Of a DNA stretch of 64,000 bases, positions 1 through 8,140 are shown piece after piece. A model generated the notes under the pieces. It saw only the letters and a list, made by a program, of their open reading frames with translations, searched no databases and was not told the DNA's origin. The stretch is taken from positions 591,629 through 655,628 of the forward strand of contig DTSZ01000001.1 in NCBI GenBank assembly GCA_012965045.1. Direction: 5' to 3'. The position numbers and the translations under genes were made by a program. The first letter of the stretch is position 1. Each line of letters opens with the position of its first letter. Source of the DNA: Candidatus Saccharimonadota bacterium. GTDB lineage: Bacteria > Patescibacteriota > Saccharimonadia > Saccharimonadales > DTSZ01.

Positions 1-195
1 TGGTTGAGCTGCTTCCGGTGTAGTTGAACTCGGCTGCACTGGCTGGCCTGGCGCCGGCTGAGTAGTTTGCTGTTCAGGCTGTGCTGGCTGAACTGGTTGT
101 GCCGCTTGTACTGGCTGTGTCTCTGGTGGCGTAGCTGGTTCTGGGCTTGGCGATGCGTCCGTCGGCGGATTAGTTTGTGGTTGATTGTCGTCCAT
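1..195 (-). CDS. Partial CDS (N-terminus only; the gene continues beyond the window start). The Pro/Gln/Thr-rich, low-complexity N-terminus reads MDDNQPQTNPPTDASPSPEPATPPETQPVQAAQP...
   Basis: Reverse complement of 1..195 is an open frame of exactly 65 codons starting with ATG at 195. It is absent from the ORF track only because it has no stop inside the window. The upstream RBS-like gaaag is weak. Confidence 0.3.
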   Translation of the reverse strand, partial: MDDNQPQTNPPTDASPSPEPATPPETQPVQAAQPVQPAQPEQQTTQPAPGQPVQPSSTTPEAAQP

Positions 196-260
196 AAGGG
201 TACTTTCTGTTTATGTAATTTAGTCTAACTATACCGCACAAGCTAAAAATCAATAAAAAA

Positions 261-2165
261 TTAGTCTAACATCGCCCACAGAGCACTCTTATGACCAGCA
301 AAATTTGCCGATGAGTAGCTTGTTAATTCAACGATCATGCTTGGTATGCCTTTGTTGTCGACCGTCCACTCCTCGAAACTTCCGGTAACGTTGTAGTTAA
401 AAGTAGACTGCGAGCTTTGACCAGTGGTGTTTCTGTAACCAGCTAGTTTAGCGTAGGTAGCGGCATAGGTTTCAGAAATATTCCCGACGTCGCCAATTAC
501 GACCCCGCCAACCGCGTGGAATGACAACAATAACCGTGGATTCATCTTTTCTACATAACTAGCTAATGCTTGTGCAGCTGGCTCGCTTAGCGGCTCTGTG
601 CCGCCAGCGCCTTTCAGTATGCCGTTTTTACTTTCGGTGTCCGCCTGCCAATCTGCAGTCGGGAAATTACGGTTGAGGTCAACATTTGCCGAGTTATTGC
701 GCGTGCCCGCAGCAAGGCCGTCTGCGTTTACATTAGGCACAATAACTACTCTTTTACCGCTATATCGACTTGGGTTAGCCTCTAGTTCATTCACCCACAA
801 ATCAAGTATTTTTCTAGAGCTACTTTCGTTACCATGCAGTCCGCCCACAAACATAGTTACGGGACCAGAGTTGCCAAAGCTATACGACAAAATAGAGCGG
901 CCTTGTCGAGTGCTGCCGATCGTACTGACACTGTGGCAGGTCGTGCGGCCTGTAAAACTCCAGTCTTCAGTAGCTGCTATACCGTATTTGCTCACTATTC
1001 CCGGCTTTACTGTAATGGTAAATTGCTGACATTTTGGTAGGCTACGCAACTTCACGGTGGCTTGAGTGGCGTTCTTTTTATTAATAGTAGCAGTGCCACC
1101 ACTAAACGAAATAAGGTCGCTTAACGCTACGTCATCACTAAGCTCTTGGTCAAATGTAAGGATAATAGTTTCATTAGAACCGACCTTAATGGTGCTGGCG
1201 CTAACACTCGCTACCGCAGGACCGCCAGACAACGTAAACCGTACTTGATATGGTTCTGCTAACGAACTGCCGTCCAAAGATTCTGCTTCAACAAGCCTAA
1301 TAATGTAGTCGCTGTTACGTGTTAATTCTTCGCTGGGGGTAATAATAGCTTTGGTGTCTTTGTAGGTTAGGCTGCCTTTTACGGCCGTCTCTTCGTCGCC
1401 ATCGACTTGCATTAAATAGGCCTCAGCTGCATGCAGCTCTTTATCAGTTTCAACTGTAAAGTTAGCTGGTTTATCATAAATTATTTGACCTTCGGAAACT
1501 GACGAACCGATAACTGCTATGGCTGGTAGGGTTTCGAGCTCGCCTTCGCTGACTCTTACTTTTTGCCCCGAAAAACCACGCAGTAATTTGTAGTCATATT
1601 CCGCGCCTTGATCGAGGCTAAGCGTTGAGACATCACACACCACAGCTGACGACGTTGGCGTACATTCAGTTGCTTTGTCATCGACCACGATTTCATATTC
1701 ATGCAAGTTGTCGGTTTGGCTAAGCGGTATTTTTATAGTCTTTTTGGTTGGAATTGGTTTTTTAAAAACAGACAAATTTGCCTGTGGTAGCCCAGGCACT
1801 TCAACTGCGAAGTTTTTTTGCGCAAAAAAGCCGCCCCACGGAGCACTCGCCACTGTGCTCGTACCAGGTTTTGGTGCTTGTTTAGGGCTTACGCATGTTT
1901 CGCTTGAAAAAATCGGGATACTTCCCAGCTGCTTATATTCACCATGGGTTACTTCAAAATAATCATCGTCAACTGTTTCATGGATAGTCGGAAAAAGCGT
2001 AAACTTTTCAATACAGTTACCGCCTGCATAGCTAAAATCAATTGTTTTTGCAGGTAAAAATATAACTAAATAGATACTCACAGCACATACTGCTGCAAAC
2101 ACTACGTACACCAACATAGGCAAGTCGGCAGCCCAAAAATAGGCGTCCTTTATTTTTTGTCTCAC
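261..2165 (-). CDS. Membrane-anchored M14-family zinc carboxypeptidase with N-terminal Ig-like/beta-sandwich repeats (gamma-D-glutamyl-meso-DAP peptidase-like)
   Basis: N-terminal TM helix (LPMLVYVVFAAVCAVSIYLVIFL). The C-terminal domain carries the M14 zinc ligands: HGNE in FVGGLHGNESS and a second His in LSFHAVGG. The long Ser/Thr-rich middle region has an Ig-like character. Confidence 0.7.
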   Translation of the reverse strand: MRQKIKDAYFWAADLPMLVYVVFAAVCAVSIYLVIFLPAKTIDFSYAGGNCIEKFTLFPTIHETVDDDYFEVTHGEYKQLGSIPIFSSETCVSPKQAPKPGTSTVASAPWGGFFAQKNFAVEVPGLPQANLSVFKKPIPTKKTIKIPLSQTDNLHEYEIVVDDKATECTPTSSAVVCDVSTLSLDQGAEYDYKLLRGFSGQKVRVSEGELETLPAIAVIGSSVSEGQIIYDKPANFTVETDKELHAAEAYLMQVDGDEETAVKGSLTYKDTKAIITPSEELTRNSDYIIRLVEAESLDGSSLAEPYQVRFTLSGGPAVASVSASTIKVGSNETIILTFDQELSDDVALSDLISFSGGTATINKKNATQATVKLRSLPKCQQFTITVKPGIVSKYGIAATEDWSFTGRTTCHSVSTIGSTRQGRSILSYSFGNSGPVTMFVGGLHGNESSSRKILDLWVNELEANPSRYSGKRVVIVPNVNADGLAAGTRNNSANVDLNRNFPTADWQADTESKNGILKGAGGTEPLSEPAAQALASYVEKMNPRLLLSFHAVGGVVIGDVGNISETYAATYAKLAGYRNTTGQSSQSTFNYNVTGSFEEWTVDNKGIPSMIVELTSYSSANFAGHKSALWAMLD

Positions 2166-2285
2166 AACGTTTTCGTTTTTAAGTGTTAAACATTAGTATT
2201 TTAGCATTATCAATGTTTTGTAGCAAAATGATAAAAATTCATAATTGAGCCGGGGGTGAGAGCCTGCCTGCCGCAGGTAGGGACT

Positions 2286-2474
2286 TGGTCGGGGTGAGAG
2301 GACTTGGTCACGTTCCGCGACCCCGAAACTTCACGTTTAAAAACTAGTTTTTAACGGAAGGTTTCCTTGCGAAATGACATTTAGTCATTTCTCACCTCCG
2401 ACTCACTCCGTGAGTTAGGAGTCACAAGTCTTCTCAAGCATTAAAAAAACTGCCCAAATGGACAGTTTTTTTAA
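2286..2474 (-). ncRNA. Unit A: tRNA-3'-end-associated structured element. It ends (minus sense) in a 21-nt copy of the tRNA-Pro T-arm/acceptor/CCA.
   Basis: 2286..2306 (tggtcggggtgagaggacttg) is identical to 2475..2495 of the tRNA-Pro gene. The body is paralogous to unit B, with compensatory hairpin changes. A terminator (2443..2472) separates it from the tRNA. Confidence 0.4.
2443..2472 (-). terminator. Intrinsic terminator downstream of tRNA-Pro
   Basis: Hairpin actgccca-aa-tggacagt flanked by an A-run and a T-run, so it can act in both directions. Confidence 0.6.
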
Positions 2475-2551
2475 TGGTCGGGGTGAGAGGACTTGAACCT
2501 CCGACCTCACGGTCCCAAACCGCGCGCGCTAGCCAACTGCGCCACACCCCG
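2475..2551 (-). tRNA. tRNA-Pro (anticodon TGG), CCA encoded
   Basis: Manually folded cloverleaf. Acceptor CGGGGTG/CACCCCG with C1-G72, D-stem GCGC, anticodon stem CGCGG/CCGTG, loop TTTGGGA, T-arm GGAGG-TTCAAGT-CCTCT. Length 77 nt. Confidence 0.9.
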
Positions 2552-2608
2552 ATAAACAGAGGTTATTTTACATTTTAAACGATCATATTACAAGAAAAGC
2601 GTTAAAGA

Positions 2609-3430
2609 CTAGTTTTTTGATCTTTCAATGAGACTTGTTAAACCGCCCATTACAGCTTGCTGCTCTAAGTCTTCGTCTGGTTTTTCGTAGTAGCTTTCTG
2701 CTACTGCCAAACATTGATCAAGTAGGTTTATGAGTTTGTTAAACATATTCTCATCAATGGACTCAATTGGGTAGCGCCTATCAGAACTCAATGCTTCCTG
2801 TGTTTGATCTCCTACAAATTGAAGGCCAATTCCCTCTTCCCAGATTGGAAATAAGCTATATTTACCCGATTTAAGATCCCCTTTGAATATATCTTTAGCC
2901 GTCGGTATTTCAACGAAATCTACATCAAATTCTTCCTCAAGATCCACCGTGCCCTCATTAATAGTGTATCGCTCTAAGCATGCTGTCCAGCCGTCAAATC
3001 TAGAGATTTTTTGTGAACCCTTTTCTTTAGTTTGCTGAAAAAGAGTTATGAAAATCTCCTCATCTGAGTCCGACCAAATAACAACGTCTAGATGAAATTC
3101 TTCATGTCGTAAGGTGTCTGGGTTTGGCACAGGGCTATTAAACTTTTCTATAATGTGCACTACACGAGCGCTTTCAAAATCGAGAGAATCAGAGGCCCAT
3201 AGGGCGGCCTCGCTCGCCACACCAACATCATCGCTTAAAAGGTGAGCAAAATCGTCAAAAAGTGCGCCAATTCGGGCCTTTCTCGCCATCGGCTGAGTGT
3301 CCTCTTCAAATTGCTCCTTGGCATAGCCCTCAGCTAATAGTGCGTTTACCCAGTCGTCTGCAGTACTTTCACTCATTAGGTAGAGTAAATCATCATTTTG
3401 TTCAAATTCTGACCAAGACCGAGGCTGCAT
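2609..3430 (-). CDS. Hypothetical acidic protein
   Basis: Uninterrupted 273-aa ORF with a coding-like composition. No motif I recognise. Confidence 0.55.
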   Translation of the reverse strand: MQPRSWSEFEQNDDLLYLMSESTADDWVNALLAEGYAKEQFEEDTQPMARKARIGALFDDFAHLLSDDVGVASEAALWASDSLDFESARVVHIIEKFNSPVPNPDTLRHEEFHLDVVIWSDSDEEIFITLFQQTKEKGSQKISRFDGWTACLERYTINEGTVDLEEEFDVDFVEIPTAKDIFKGDLKSGKYSLFPIWEEGIGLQFVGDQTQEALSSDRRYPIESIDENMFNKLINLLDQCLAVAESYYEKPDEDLEQQAVMGGLTSLIERSKN

Positions 3431-3464
3431 TCATCTCCCATGCCCACCGCTTTTACTTTAACTT

Positions 3465-5012
3465 TTACTTCGCGTATTCGATTGCTCGGGTTTCGCGGAT
3501 TACGTTCACCTTGATTGTACCAGGGTAGCTTAAGGTAGATTCGATTTTGTTTGCCACGTCGCGGGCTAGGCGGATTGCGCTTAGGTCGTCGATGCTTTCT
3601 GGGCGGACAAATACTCGAATTTCGCGTCCTGCGCTAATGGCGTAGCTTTTTTGTATACCGTCAAAACTGTTAGCAACGTTTTCAAGCTCTTTCATTCGCT
3701 TCACAAAGTCTTCTGCAGAAATATTGCGCGCGCCTGGTCGAGCGGCTGAGATAGCGTCAACTACCCGAATAATCATTGCTTCTGGTGTCGCGGCCTCAAC
3801 GTCATCGTGGTGAGCGTGAATAGCGTGAACAATTTCTTCTTTCATGCCAGCTTTTTGAGCGAGGTCTGCTCCAATGTGGTGGTGCTTACCTTCAATTTTA
3901 TGAGTAACAGCTTTACCAATGTCATGTAGCAAGGCGGCTGTTTTGGTAATTTGAATATCGGCTCCAATTTCACCAGCTATCATTCCAGCTAAGTGAGACA
4001 TTTCGGTGCTGTGCTTAAGTACATTTTGACCGTAACTAGTGCGGAACTTCAATTCACCAAGTAGACGCTTAATGTCTTTTGGCAAGCTCGGTACACCAAC
4101 TTCACGCATGGCGTCTGTGGCTGCTTGTTCAATTTCTTTATCAAGTTGTTTGCCGGCTTTTTCGACAACTTCTTCGATGCGTCCGGGATGTACTCGCCCA
4201 TCTTTAATCAATGTTTCCATAACAATCCGTCCAACTTGTCGACGGATAGGATCGAAACAACTCAATACGACAACACCAGGGGTTTCGTCAACCATAACGT
4301 CAACACCAGTTAAACGCTGAATGGCTTGAATATTACGGCCTTCTTTGCCAATTATTCGGCCTTTCATGTCGTCAGGAAGTGGTACAGCAACAATTGTTCG
4401 CTCTGCTGTCACATCACTGGCTAGCCGTTCCATGGCGGTTAAAATAGCTTTTTGAGCTGTTTCTTCGGCGTCCTCGACAGCTGTTTCTTTAAGCTTTTCA
4501 GTAAGACTGACTAAGTCGTCTTTAATGGTTTTTTCGGTCATCTTCATTAGCTTTTCAGCAGCGTCAGCTTTTTTAAGCTTCGCTATTTTTTCAAGCTGCT
4601 CTAGTTGTCGGTCTTTAATTTCGTGGATCTTGCCTTTTAAGTCTTCTAGCTCTTCTTCGGTTTTGCGTAACGACTCTTGCCGTTTATCGACTTCTTCTAG
4701 CTTTTTTTCTAGTGATTCTTCGCGTTTTACTACGCGCTTTTCTGTTTCGGCCAACTCGTGGCGTAACTCTTTTTGCTCTTTGCGAGTTTCGTCAGCAATT
4801 TTATTAGCTTCTTCTTTTGCTTTTAACACAATGTCTGCAGCTTCGTTTTTTGCTTTCGAGAGCTTTTCGTCAGCTCTTTTTTCTACGTCACCAATTTTTC
4901 GTTTTGTTAATACACCTGAACCACCAAAGCCAATACCAATACCAGCCAAAGCGGCAATAATTGCAGCTACTTCCATAGAAGTACTTCTCCCTTTTTTGTT
5001 GCAGGACCACAA
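3465..5012 (-). CDS. rny: Ribonuclease Y
   Basis: N-terminal TM helix, a long coiled-coil (KAKNEAADIVLKAKEEANKIADETRKEQKEL...), a KH domain (GRIIGKEGRNIQAIQRLTGVDVMVD) and an HD domain (LLHDIGKAVTHK...HHHIGADLA). This is the canonical RNase Y architecture. Confidence 0.9.
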   Translation of the reverse strand: MWSCNKKGRSTSMEVAAIIAALAGIGIGFGGSGVLTKRKIGDVEKRADEKLSKAKNEAADIVLKAKEEANKIADETRKEQKELRHELAETEKRVVKREESLEKKLEEVDKRQESLRKTEEELEDLKGKIHEIKDRQLEQLEKIAKLKKADAAEKLMKMTEKTIKDDLVSLTEKLKETAVEDAEETAQKAILTAMERLASDVTAERTIVAVPLPDDMKGRIIGKEGRNIQAIQRLTGVDVMVDETPGVVVLSCFDPIRRQVGRIVMETLIKDGRVHPGRIEEVVEKAGKQLDKEIEQAATDAMREVGVPSLPKDIKRLLGELKFRTSYGQNVLKHSTEMSHLAGMIAGEIGADIQITKTAALLHDIGKAVTHKIEGKHHHIGADLAQKAGMKEEIVHAIHAHHDDVEAATPEAMIIRVVDAISAARPGARNISAEDFVKRMKELENVANSFDGIQKSYAISAGREIRVFVRPESIDDLSAIRLARDVANKIESTLSYPGTIKVNVIRETRAIEYAK

Positions 5013-5533
5013 TCTAAACTGTTGTAACGTGCTTTACCGCGTGAGGGTTTAAGCAAATACTATCCGGGCCGATTGCTCCCACAACACCTAAATGTTGTTT
5101 TCTCTCAAGGAATAAATCCTTGCAATAATTGTACGCTGATTGTGTTTGAAGGGCAAAGACGATGTTTTTACCTGAATTCAGCAAGCTGCCGTTTGCATTC
5201 ATTTCCACCATTTTGAGTGATCAAAACGGTGGAGCCAAAAGATCACCCTGTTCACATCTCTTGATATACTCACTGCTTGTTTAACAACAGCCTGTGGAAT
5301 GGCTAAAGCCAGTCTGAAAGTTATCTATAAGAGTCTCAGACACGTCCTCGGCTTAATTGTTGTTAAGCCAAGCATTCCTATTCAGGATCTGCTCAAAAGG
5401 GATTGGCGAGCGAAGCTCGCTGGGTCTGGGCATAAAAGACAGCTTTTCCTGATTAGATGTTGTAATTCAAATTGTGTGAACCTTAACCTGCCTACCGGCA
5501 GGCAGGCGAGTGAAGTGTGCTTCCCAAGAAAAC

Positions 5534-5923
5534 TTATTTTCTAGGTTTGGTAATATTCGCTTCCCCGCCATACACTGGCAAAACTACTTTTTGATTTTCG
5601 CCACTTTTAAGTTTTTCTATTCCCTGAGCAAACCAAATGTCACCTGCGGCTGCGACCACTGGAACGTCGAGCGAATAGCTTAGGGTGTTTGCAAGTGTCA
5701 CGCCAATTCTCAACCCAGTAAAACTACCCGGCCCTTCAAACGCGACTATGCCTTCAATTTGGTCAAACTTACTGTTGGCTGCGTCGAACAATTCATCAAG
5801 CTTATAAAAAATAGTGCTCGATAATTGCTTGTGGCCTTCCCATTCTACTTTTTGTATGTCATCGCCGATTTGTAGCCACAGCTCTGCTTGGGGTTTGTCT
5901 GTGCGAATTCCTAAGATATTCAT
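5534..5923 (-). CDS. tsaB: tRNA t6A37 biosynthesis protein TsaB-like (YeaZ N-terminal domain, short form)
   Basis: MNILGIRTD start and the GPGSFTGLRIGV hallmark. It is only 129 aa, shorter than typical TsaB. It sits adjacent to tsaE. Confidence 0.6.
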   Translation of the reverse strand: MNILGIRTDKPQAELWLQIGDDIQKVEWEGHKQLSSTIFYKLDELFDAANSKFDQIEGIVAFEGPGSFTGLRIGVTLANTLSYSLDVPVVAAAGDIWFAQGIEKLKSGENQKVVLPVYGGEANITKPRK

Positions 5924-6402
5924 GGTTGTTTATCGAAATTTATAAAATGCAATATTCGATCATTTTCTGATGTGGCGGTAATTTCTATCTTCTTTGTGTT
6001 AGCCGGCAATACCTCTCGTACCGAATCAGCCCATTCTATAAGCACTACATCGCCATCTTGTATGGCTTCGGTAAGTTCGTCTTGCATAATTCCCGCATTG
6101 TCTAGCCGATGAAAATCGTAATGACGAATTAAATAATCAGAGCACTGGTACTGCCTCTCGACAGTAAAGCTTGGGCTTTGTACGTCATCGGTACTGCCAG
6201 CACCAGCCGCAATTCCTCGAACTAGCTGGGTCTTCCCCGCCCCTAGATCGCCAACCAACTCAATAACATCACCAGGAACTAAAACCTTAGCTATCTTTTC
6301 GCCGACCTGAAACGTAATTTCGGGCCCGATGGAACGTACTTGAAATGTCACGCCTGAACTCATATAAACCATAGAATAACGTGCCAACACCTGCGGCTGC
6401 AA
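5920..6402 (-). CDS. tsaE: tRNA t6A37 biosynthesis ATPase TsaE (YjeE)
   Basis: P-loop VIELVGDLGAGKTQLVRGI typical of TsaE. The true start is probably internal, around 6363 (MSSGVTF). The 5' end overlaps the 3' end of the upstream lamin-tail-domain gene. Confidence 0.8.
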   Translation of the reverse strand: MQPQVLARYSMVYMSSGVTFQVRSIGPEITFQVGEKIAKVLVPGDVIELVGDLGAGKTQLVRGIAAGAGSTDDVQSPSFTVERQYQCSDYLIRHYDFHRLDNAGIMQDELTEAIQDGDVVLIEWADSVREVLPANTKKIEITATSENDRILHFINFDKQP

Positions 6403-8065
6403 CTACTGATAGATTCGCACTCTCAATTGGTATAGCAGCTGGTTGCGCTAGCGGGTTGCTGGAACTAACAGTCAGCCCAGATTCAGAAGACTGATTATTG
6501 GCAGCCTGCTCTTGGGCAATTTTGTCTTGCTTAGTCTGCAATACATTTTTGGCCGCTGGCGTAGGCTTTGCCGTCCACTGCCATTTACTACCTATAAAAG
6601 CCCACGCTAAGCCATCCTCGGCTTTTGAATATTCACCAGCCGTGCTCTTGCTGTCGCCATTTGGATCGAGCAACTGTGCCTGACCGCCGCTATTGCCAAG
6701 GCTCATTTTGCTGTCAGCAGAAAAAATAGCTACGTACTGGCCAGGTTGCAAAATAATGTCATCAAGCGTTTGTGTTGTGGCCAAAGATTTACCGGTTTTT
6801 AACTTGTAGTCTTTAACGTTTACAGCAAATGTATTTGGGTTATACAGTTCTACAAATTCATCGTTTTTGTCTAGCAGCGGACTGGCAGGGTTTGGCAGCA
6901 GCTCGGTAATTACCACTTTGGCATAGCTGCGTTTTTTCGGTGTTTGCGAAGAAGATGATGCACTGGCGACGCTGGCTGTGTCTTCATGTGGCGATAAGTT
7001 CTGCTGGCCAGGTGTTACCCGGTTCGTAAAAACATAGGTAGTGCCAATTTTCGACCAACTTTCACCAATGGGAGCTTTTTCGTACGCAACCAACTCTGAA
7101 ACTATTGAACCGTCGGGTGCCAGCACTTGAGCTTTGCCACCAGAGTTAGCGAGCACCAAACCACTGTCGCGTGATTCAAACGCAATATAGCTTTTAGCCG
7201 GCAAAACTATGTCGGTAATTTCAAATCTGTACTGTAATTTCGACCCTGTTTGAATTACATAGCCATCTAAATCAATTTCAAGAGCGCTAGGATTATACAA
7301 TTCCACAAATTCATCGTCGGCATCTGTTTGCGGGCTTTTGGGATCGATAAATAATTCTGAAATTTCTACACTCAAATAGTCTTGATCGTTGCCTGTTCCC
7401 TCGTCGGGCAATGGCTGTTCTTCTGGGTCTGGTTCTTCGACTGGCTCAGCCTCTTCTACACTGGGAGTACGAGTAGGCGTCGGGTCGTCCGACACTTCAA
7501 AATCAAGGGAGTTGTCATTAGTGTCTATAAACAGCCCGTCTTCATCAACGATTCGCTTTAAACTTTGGCCAGCTGCTGGCTCGGTTGCTGGCACAGTCTC
7601 TGGGCTGTCAGCTGCAACACCGTAGCCAAGTACATCATGAACCTTTTCTTCTTCGCTCAGTTCCCCGGTGTCGGTGTCTTCAACTTCAACAAGCTGAATA
7701 AGTCGTATGTGTCCGGCGCTCGCTGCCAGGCCACTATTAAATTCAAAATCAAATTCTTCTGGCTCAAGATTTAGTTCTTCGGTCGCCAATAACACAAATC
7801 CTCGGGGCTGTGCTTCAAATTCATCAAATGTCAATTTGGTCTGCCATTGTTCGCCAGTAGCAGACTTATACTGGACCTTCCAGTCGGTTAGGTCTATTGG
7901 ATAGTCGTTAGGATTATAAAGTTCTATAAATTCTGCTTTAGAGTCATCGGTGCTGGCGGAGAAAATTTCAGTTATGAGTAGATTTTTTTGTTCATCTACG
8001 GCACTCAAAGGCACACCCACCAGCAAAACGCACAATATGGTTACTACCCTCCACGTAATACGCAC
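6287..8065 (-). CDS. Secreted, membrane-anchored protein with three lamin-tail domains (LTD)
   Basis: N-terminal signal/TM helix. Three repeats of the LTD signature: EFIELYNPNDYPIDLTDWKV, EFVELYNPSALEIDLDGYVIQTG and EFVELYNPNTFAVNVKDYKLKTG. C-terminal hydrophobic anchor (LSVVAAAGVGTLFYGLYEF). Confidence 0.75.
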   Translation of the reverse strand: MRITWRVVTILCVLLVGVPLSAVDEQKNLLITEIFSASTDDSKAEFIELYNPNDYPIDLTDWKVQYKSATGEQWQTKLTFDEFEAQPRGFVLLATEELNLEPEEFDFEFNSGLAASAGHIRLIQLVEVEDTDTGELSEEEKVHDVLGYGVAADSPETVPATEPAAGQSLKRIVDEDGLFIDTNDNSLDFEVSDDPTPTRTPSVEEAEPVEEPDPEEQPLPDEGTGNDQDYLSVEISELFIDPKSPQTDADDEFVELYNPSALEIDLDGYVIQTGSKLQYRFEITDIVLPAKSYIAFESRDSGLVLANSGGKAQVLAPDGSIVSELVAYEKAPIGESWSKIGTTYVFTNRVTPGQQNLSPHEDTASVASASSSSQTPKKRSYAKVVITELLPNPASPLLDKNDEFVELYNPNTFAVNVKDYKLKTGKSLATTQTLDDIILQPGQYVAIFSADSKMSLGNSGGQAQLLDPNGDSKSTAGEYSKAEDGLAWAFIGSKWQWTAKPTPAAKNVLQTKQDKIAQEQAANNQSSESGLTVSSSNPLAQPAAIPIESANLSVVAAAGVGTLFYGLYEFRRDISSTFHRARNYVSGRRKDS

Positions 8066-8140
8066 TAAATCTATATAATCACGACGCTGTTAACTTCCAA
8101 AGCATGAGCAAAATATTTTGTTGTTCGCTACACTGTTAGT

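Noticed and set aside
598-1248. Several plus-strand ORFs (598..1029, 834..1040, 1066..1248, 1675..1962) inside the M14 peptidase gene
   Set aside because: They lie antisense to a well-supported 634-aa gene. Their products are Pro/Ser/Leu-rich with no motifs, which is typical of shadow ORFs.
2286-2551. Interpreting the tRNA 3'-end direct repeats as attL/attR of a genomic island
   Set aside because: The repeats are only about 165 bp apart with no coding capacity between them. The enclosed sequence is conserved between two different tRNA loci, with compensatory hairpin changes. A simple island scar does not explain that, so I report it as a structured element instead.
4039-5052. Plus-strand ORFs inside rny (4039..4320, 4125..4313, 4525..5052)
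   Set aside because: They lie antisense to the rny coiled-coil region, whose repetitive Lys/Glu codons produce long open antisense frames. The products are Ser-rich low-complexity.
5299-5544. 81-aa ORF in the rny-tsaB intergenic region
   Set aside because: There is no RBS. It overlaps the conserved noncoding motif and the tsaB stop. The region is more plausibly an RNA or regulatory element.
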